The notes beneath the pieces were generated by a model, which saw only the letters and a list, made by a program, of their open reading frames with translations, ran no database searches and had not been told where the DNA came from. Shown piece after piece: positions 59,580 to 64,000 of a stretch of DNA of 64,000 nt. Position 1 is the stretch's first letter. Each line of letters opens with the position of its first letter. A program made the translations under genes and the position numbers. The stretch spans positions 544,001 through 608,000 of the forward strand of contig CAXXTH010000017.1 of assembly GCA_963668025.2 (NCBI GenBank), in the 5' to 3' direction. The stretch comes from Candidatus Hydrogenedentota bacterium (lineage in GTDB: Bacteria > Hydrogenedentota > Hydrogenedentia > Hydrogenedentales > SLHB01).

Positions 59580-60296
59580 ATGCAGACGCTCGTATCGGTG
59601 GTTGTGCCGTTTTACAACGAAGAAGAAAATGTGCCGCATGTCGCGGAGCGAATTCGCGACGTGTTCGCGGGGCTGCCGGATTATGAATACGAGTGCGTGT
59701 TCGTGAACGATGGCAGCGCCGATGGCACGCGTGCGGCCTTGGATGCGTTGCGCGCCTCCGATGAACGGGTCCGCCCGTTGCACCTTGTGCGCAATGGCGG
59801 CCAATCGGCGGCCATTGTGGCGGGCATGCGCCGCGCCCGGGGCCAGTTCTTACTCATGATTGACGGCGACATGCAGAATGACCCGTGTGACTTTCCCCGC
59901 ATGCTCGAGCTGCTCCAAGGCCATGACTGCGTCTGCGGCTACCGCGCGAAGCGCCGCGATACGTGGATGAAACGCAAAGCCAGCCTGATCGCCAACCGCA
60001 TCCGGCGGAGCTGGCTCGATGACGATATCCGCGACGCGGGCTGCGGCTCGAAAGGCTTCCGCCGCTGCTGCGTCGAGCACATGATTCCTTTCAACGGCAT
60101 GCACCGCTATTTCGGCGTTATGATGAAAGCGGCGGGCATGCGCATCGCCGAGATGGAAGTGACCCACCACCCGCGCCAGTTTGGTCAATCGAAATATGGC
60201 GTATGGGACCGTATGTGGCGGGGCATTTATGACCTCTTCGGGGTGGCGTGGCTGCGATGCCGCTACGTGGCTGTCCGCGTGGAAGGCGAGGACTAG
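59580..60296 (+). CDS. GT2 polyprenol-phosphate glycosyltransferase (ArnC/DPM1-like)
   Basis: VPFYNEE, VNDGS, GQSAA, DGDMQNDP, DAGCG, GQSKY. Confidence 0.9.
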   Translation: MQTLVSVVVPFYNEEENVPHVAERIRDVFAGLPDYEYECVFVNDGSADGTRAALDALRASDERVRPLHLVRNGGQSAAIVAGMRRARGQFLLMIDGDMQNDPCDFPRMLELLQGHDCVCGYRAKRRDTWMKRKASLIANRIRRSWLDDDIRDAGCGSKGFRRCCVEHMIPFNGMHRYFGVMMKAAGMRIAEMEVTHHPRQFGQSKYGVWDRMWRGIYDLFGVAWLRCRYVAVRVEGED

Positions 60297-60992
60297 ATGC
60301 TCGATAAACTGGCGGGCCAAAGCGGGCTCTGGATCATCTTCTGCATCGTGGCATGGGTGATCTTTAACTCACGCTTCTACGTCCAATGGCTCGCTTCCGA
60401 ACGGAAGAAACGCAGCGTCATTCCCATCGCGTTCTGGTATCAAACCGCCATTGGTTCGTTCATGCTGCTCTTATGGGCCTGGCACACCACCTCCGCCCTC
60501 GGGGCCGTGAGCCAGTGTTTCACCCTCGTGCCCTGCGGACGGAACCTCATCCACATTTGGCGGGAGCGGGGCGTATTGTCACGGCGGCTGCACCATGCCA
60601 CCCACATCGCCGTGGCGATTGTGGTCGTGCTCGGCATATTTGTCGTGTATGCCGCCAGCATGTCCGAGATTAACGATCATCAAGATTCGAGCGCCGCCGA
60701 AGTGAAGTGGGCCGTACTCTGGCTGGCCATCGGGCTCATCGGGCAAGCCCTGTTCGCCCTGCGCGTTTTCATTCAATGGGCGATCACGGAAATGCGCCGC
60801 AAAAGCATCGTACCCTCATCCTTTTGGTATATCAGTGTCGTAGCGACGGTGTTGCAAGCCATCGCTTTCGCCGCCCGGGGCGGCGGCGACTGGGTGTACG
60901 CGCTCGGCATGATCTCGAATCTGTTCGTGTATTTGCGCAATATCTGGTTTCTACACCGGGGCGGAAACGAAGCCGCCATCAAAGCAGAGTGA
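60297..60992 (+). CDS. Lipid-A-disaccharide synthase N-terminal (LAB_N) domain protein, duplicated domain
   Basis: Two copies of RF/VF.QW..SE.K.S..P..FWY. Confidence 0.85.
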   Translation: MLDKLAGQSGLWIIFCIVAWVIFNSRFYVQWLASERKKRSVIPIAFWYQTAIGSFMLLLWAWHTTSALGAVSQCFTLVPCGRNLIHIWRERGVLSRRLHHATHIAVAIVVVLGIFVVYAASMSEINDHQDSSAAEVKWAVLWLAIGLIGQALFALRVFIQWAITEMRRKSIVPSSFWYISVVATVLQAIAFAARGGGDWVYALGMISNLFVYLRNIWFLHRGGNEAAIKAE

Positions 60993-61881
60993 ACTGGCCG
61001 CCGCTGGCGCCCGGTTCCGCAGGCGCTTGCCACGCAAAATTCGTGACCAGCAATTCCTCGATAGCCCCGCGCCGGTCCGCCCGGCTGTTCACATTACGGG
61101 TGGCATATACGGTTTGCTGGTGAAAGCCCTCATACAAGGCTTCAATAAAGCGCGTTTTCGAGTTCGAAAGGATGGCCATGACCCCGCCTTCCGACAGTTC
61201 CCGGAACACGCCCGCGAGGCGCTCCTGTTCTTTCCCGCCAAAGCCCGTGCTGGCATAACTCGTGAACGACGCCGTGGATGAAACCGGATCATACGGCGGA
61301 TCAAAATAGGCCAGATCACCGGCTTGCGCCGTATCGAGCACCGTGTCGAACGGCCGGGCCTCAATCCGCGCATGCTGAAGCGCACTTGATACGGCCCGAA
61401 GATTCGCCTCGTCACATATGACCGGATTGGCATACCGGCCCATGGGCACATTGAAAAGGCCTTTGCTGTTTTCCCGGAACAGGCCGTTGAAACAGGTCTT
61501 GTTCAAATAGATGATGCGTGCGGCGCGTTCTACAAGCTCATCAGGCGTTCGGGAGCGCATGGCGTAGTAATACTCTTTGCAATGGCGCTGCTTATGCTCA
61601 TGCAGCAGCGCGATGACGCGGCCTGCTTCGTTGCGCACGCCCAAATAGGCTTCAATAAGCCTTATATTCGTATCGGAGAGGAATGCGTCTTTTTCGCGCA
61701 GGCGGCCCGTGCGAAACAACTCGAAAAACAGCGCGCCGCCGCCGATGAACGGCTCATGATACGCGCGAAATGGACCAGCCGCTTCCACACACGCCGCCAG
61801 CGGCGCTAAAAGCTGCCCTTTGCCGCCCACCCATTTTAAGAAAGGCCGGGGCGTCCCATTCCTTGCACGTTTGTCTTGCAT
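60979..61881 (-). CDS. dam: Dam-family DNA adenine methyltransferase (orphan)
   Basis: PFLKWVGGK, EPFIGGGA, YLNKTCFNGL, DPPY. Confidence 0.9.
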   Translation of the reverse strand: MQDKRARNGTPRPFLKWVGGKGQLLAPLAACVEAAGPFRAYHEPFIGGGALFFELFRTGRLREKDAFLSDTNIRLIEAYLGVRNEAGRVIALLHEHKQRHCKEYYYAMRSRTPDELVERAARIIYLNKTCFNGLFRENSKGLFNVPMGRYANPVICDEANLRAVSSALQHARIEARPFDTVLDTAQAGDLAYFDPPYDPVSSTASFTSYASTGFGGKEQERLAGVFRELSEGGVMAILSNSKTRFIEALYEGFHQQTVYATRNVNSRADRRGAIEELLVTNFAWQAPAEPGASGGQFTLL

Positions 61882-61943
61882 GGAAACTACCTATCTAGAT
61901 CGGTTCAAGATTGGATGCCGCACAGCAAATGGATTCTACTCTA

Positions 61944-61995
61944 CCGTGGCATGGCCGTCCCGGCCATGCACATGGGCGGGACGCCCATGCTACGG
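61944..61995. repeat. REP-like palindromic doublet (family B)
   Basis: CCGTGGCATGGCCGTCCCGGCCATGCACATGGGCGGGACGCCCATGCTACGG. Confidence 0.8.
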
Positions 61996-62015
61996 TAAAT
62001 CATGCCCTAAATAGT

Positions 62016-64000
62016 CTATTTTTCCTTCGTGTGCTGGGCCAGATTCACCAATGCCGCTTCTTCCGTGCTGGCGTGTCCGCCGCATTCCACATAACACACC
62101 ACATCCTGTTTCATCGTGTCGGCGCGCAGCTTGACGGGGAATCCATCAGGCCGGTGGCCCACTTCAATGACGCGTACGATGTGTTCGTAGCTTCGCGCCT
62201 CCGGGATAAGCTGCACGAGCCGGTTAGGAGATTGCTCGAAGAATTCCGTGTTCAGGTAGTTGCCTTCATGCAATGGGAACAGGGCGAGATACAGGATATT
62301 CATCTCGACCATTTCCGCGAAAAAGTGGGTGCCAAAGGAAACGTCTGGAATGAGGTCTTCCCGCATGGCCACGATTTCACACAGCACGGATACATGGTTG
62401 ATCTCGGCAAAAGACACCGGCACGCCCAGCGAAGGCGTCGTGGTGCCCCAGCGTCCGGGGCCAAGGAGCATCGTGACCCGTTCCGGATCGCGCGAGCCGG
62501 GAAGCTGGTTGATGCGCCCAATGAGACGCGCCACGGCATAGCGTTCTTTAACGGGAAGCTGGCCGTAAATCGAGGGAACCACATAGACGATCCGGTTTAT
62601 CGTATTGAGGCGGCTATGGCCAATAACCGGGCCATGGCTCTGCAACAACATATCCCCCGTCTCAATCTGCACATCGAACTGGGCGAACTGGGCTTCGCTT
62701 TTCACTTGCAGCGGACGGCATTGCACAAGGTCGATGCGCGGTTCGCCCTGCGGGGTGAAATTGGTTGTAAACTCGATGTCCACCGGATTGTCGTAGGCTT
62801 TCTGGAGCGTCTCGAGCATCGAACGCATTTCTTGCACAAAAGAGGTTTTAGACAACAAACTATCGAAAGTCAATATGAGCGATGACGATGTGGGTAGATT
62901 CTTATCCCGGGCCAAGCGGGCCAGATTGCGGTCATGGCTGGCAAACAGATGCACCGGCATACCAGGATCTTCCGTTACGGTCTCCTGGAAATCCGTCGTG
63001 TGAAAACGGTTGTTCGCCAGGTCGAGCACATCCACTCTGCGCTGGGCATGGCGGGTCAAATCGCCCGAGCCGGACTCAGGCCGTTTGCTGGGGGCGTTGA
63101 GCGCCACCAGGCGGGTGTAGTCATCATCCGAGCGGTCCACGGCCCGCGTGCCAAGCCCATATACAAGCCGCAGCACGCCCGCCCGAGGATCGATTTCTTC
63201 GTCCCACACATAAGGATTGAAGGAAAAGCCGACGCCCGCGATGTGGGGGTAATGATACCGGCCATGCTGCGCTCCCGCGACACGCTGGACGAGCAGGGCC
63301 ATTTGCTCATCCCGGTCGAGAAGGCCATGGCGCGCCCGGTAGCTGAGGGCGGCCTTGCTCATGGTGCTTGCATATATGGCTTTCACCGCATCGAGAAAAA
63401 CTTCCAGGCGCCGCTCGGGCGAGCCTTGGTTCGTGCAAAATACGCTATCGTATTTCCCCGCGAACGAATTGCCAAAATTGTCCTCGAGCAAACTGCTTGA
63501 ACGGACAATGATGGGCGATTGTCCGTAATAATCGAGCATGGCGGCGAATCGCTGGCATATATGGGGGGGGAAAACGCCATGCAAGAAACGCTCGCGCGCT
63601 TCGTCGGCCCCACGCAGATAATCAGAAGCCTTGAGCTGCCGTTTGCGCAGCTCCCAGCAGCCGTTGCGCACAATAAACGTGTAGAACACATCGGAAGGAA
63701 TATAGAACGAATCATGGACGGCAAGCACATCTTTCCAGTGTGGGTCCGCCCGGCGCAAAATGGCCCGGGCCAGGAGCATGCCCACCGACTTGCCGCCGAT
63801 AAGGCCCGTGCCAAGCATGCGTTTGCCGATATTCACCAGGTCATCCAGCGTCAGGTATTCGCGGGCAAGACTCAACACCCGGTCATCGCGCGAGATAATC
63901 ATACGAAGCAGGCGGTGGAACATGGCGCGCACGACTTCCGGAGGCGCTTCCTCGCGCTTATGCATATCGAGGAGCGCTTCGGCTTCCACCAGGGTGCGCG
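62016..64000 (-). CDS. PEP/pyruvate-binding (PPDK_N-like) domain protein, 5'-partial
   Basis: IGGKSVG, VRSSSLLED..FAGKY, GLGTRAV, DIEF, QCRP, GPGRWG. Confidence 0.85.
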   Translation of the reverse strand, partial: RTLVEAEALLDMHKREEAPPEVVRAMFHRLLRMIISRDDRVLSLAREYLTLDDLVNIGKRMLGTGLIGGKSVGMLLARAILRRADPHWKDVLAVHDSFYIPSDVFYTFIVRNGCWELRKRQLKASDYLRGADEARERFLHGVFPPHICQRFAAMLDYYGQSPIIVRSSSLLEDNFGNSFAGKYDSVFCTNQGSPERRLEVFLDAVKAIYASTMSKAALSYRARHGLLDRDEQMALLVQRVAGAQHGRYHYPHIAGVGFSFNPYVWDEEIDPRAGVLRLVYGLGTRAVDRSDDDYTRLVALNAPSKRPESGSGDLTRHAQRRVDVLDLANNRFHTTDFQETVTEDPGMPVHLFASHDRNLARLARDKNLPTSSSLILTFDSLLSKTSFVQEMRSMLETLQKAYDNPVDIEFTTNFTPQGEPRIDLVQCRPLQVKSEAQFAQFDVQIETGDMLLQSHGPVIGHSRLNTINRIVYVVPSIYGQLPVKERYAVARLIGRINQLPGSRDPERVTMLLGPGRWGTTTPSLGVPVSFAEINHVSVLCEIVAMREDLIPDVSFGTHFFAEMVEMNILYLALFPLHEGNYLNTEFFEQSPNRLVQLIPEARSYEHIVRVIEVGHRPDGFPVKLRADTMKQDVVCYVECGGHASTEEAALVNLAQHTKEK

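Overview
GC-rich bacterial chromosomal window. The lineage cannot be determined from sequence alone, although the gene content suggests a diderm environmental bacterium, possibly Hydrogenedentota-like (impression only). Most of it is housekeeping: aspS, an M42 peptidase, a SurA-type PPIase, accBCD/folC/pepQ/efp, ilvN, pth, rplY, prs, tRNA-Gln, gltBD, two hybrid histidine kinases, several glycosyltransferases and an orphan Dam. The standout is a minus-strand operon at about 37985-44707 that looks like an undescribed RiPP (post-translationally modified peptide) system. It has a consensus sigma70 promoter and two small cysteine-free peptide genes that are missing from the ORF track; both start with a SCIFF-like M(K/N)HI(K/R) motif and end in KK-x4. 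They are followed by two RimJ/RimL GNATs, a CPBP protease, an ABC exporter and a radical-SAM/SPASM-derived protein fused to a third GNAT. That protein has lost its SAM-cluster and AuxI cysteines but keeps the AuxII set. Other accessory features are a low-GC island (HsdR_N nuclease with a RAMA-like domain) bracketed by REP-like repeats, an intact IS with a 9-bp TSD, a 280-bp MITE with an 8-bp TSD, a toxin-antitoxin pair between gltB and gltD, and two single-base frameshifts that are probably sequencing errors. All family assignments are by motif recognition; no searches were run.
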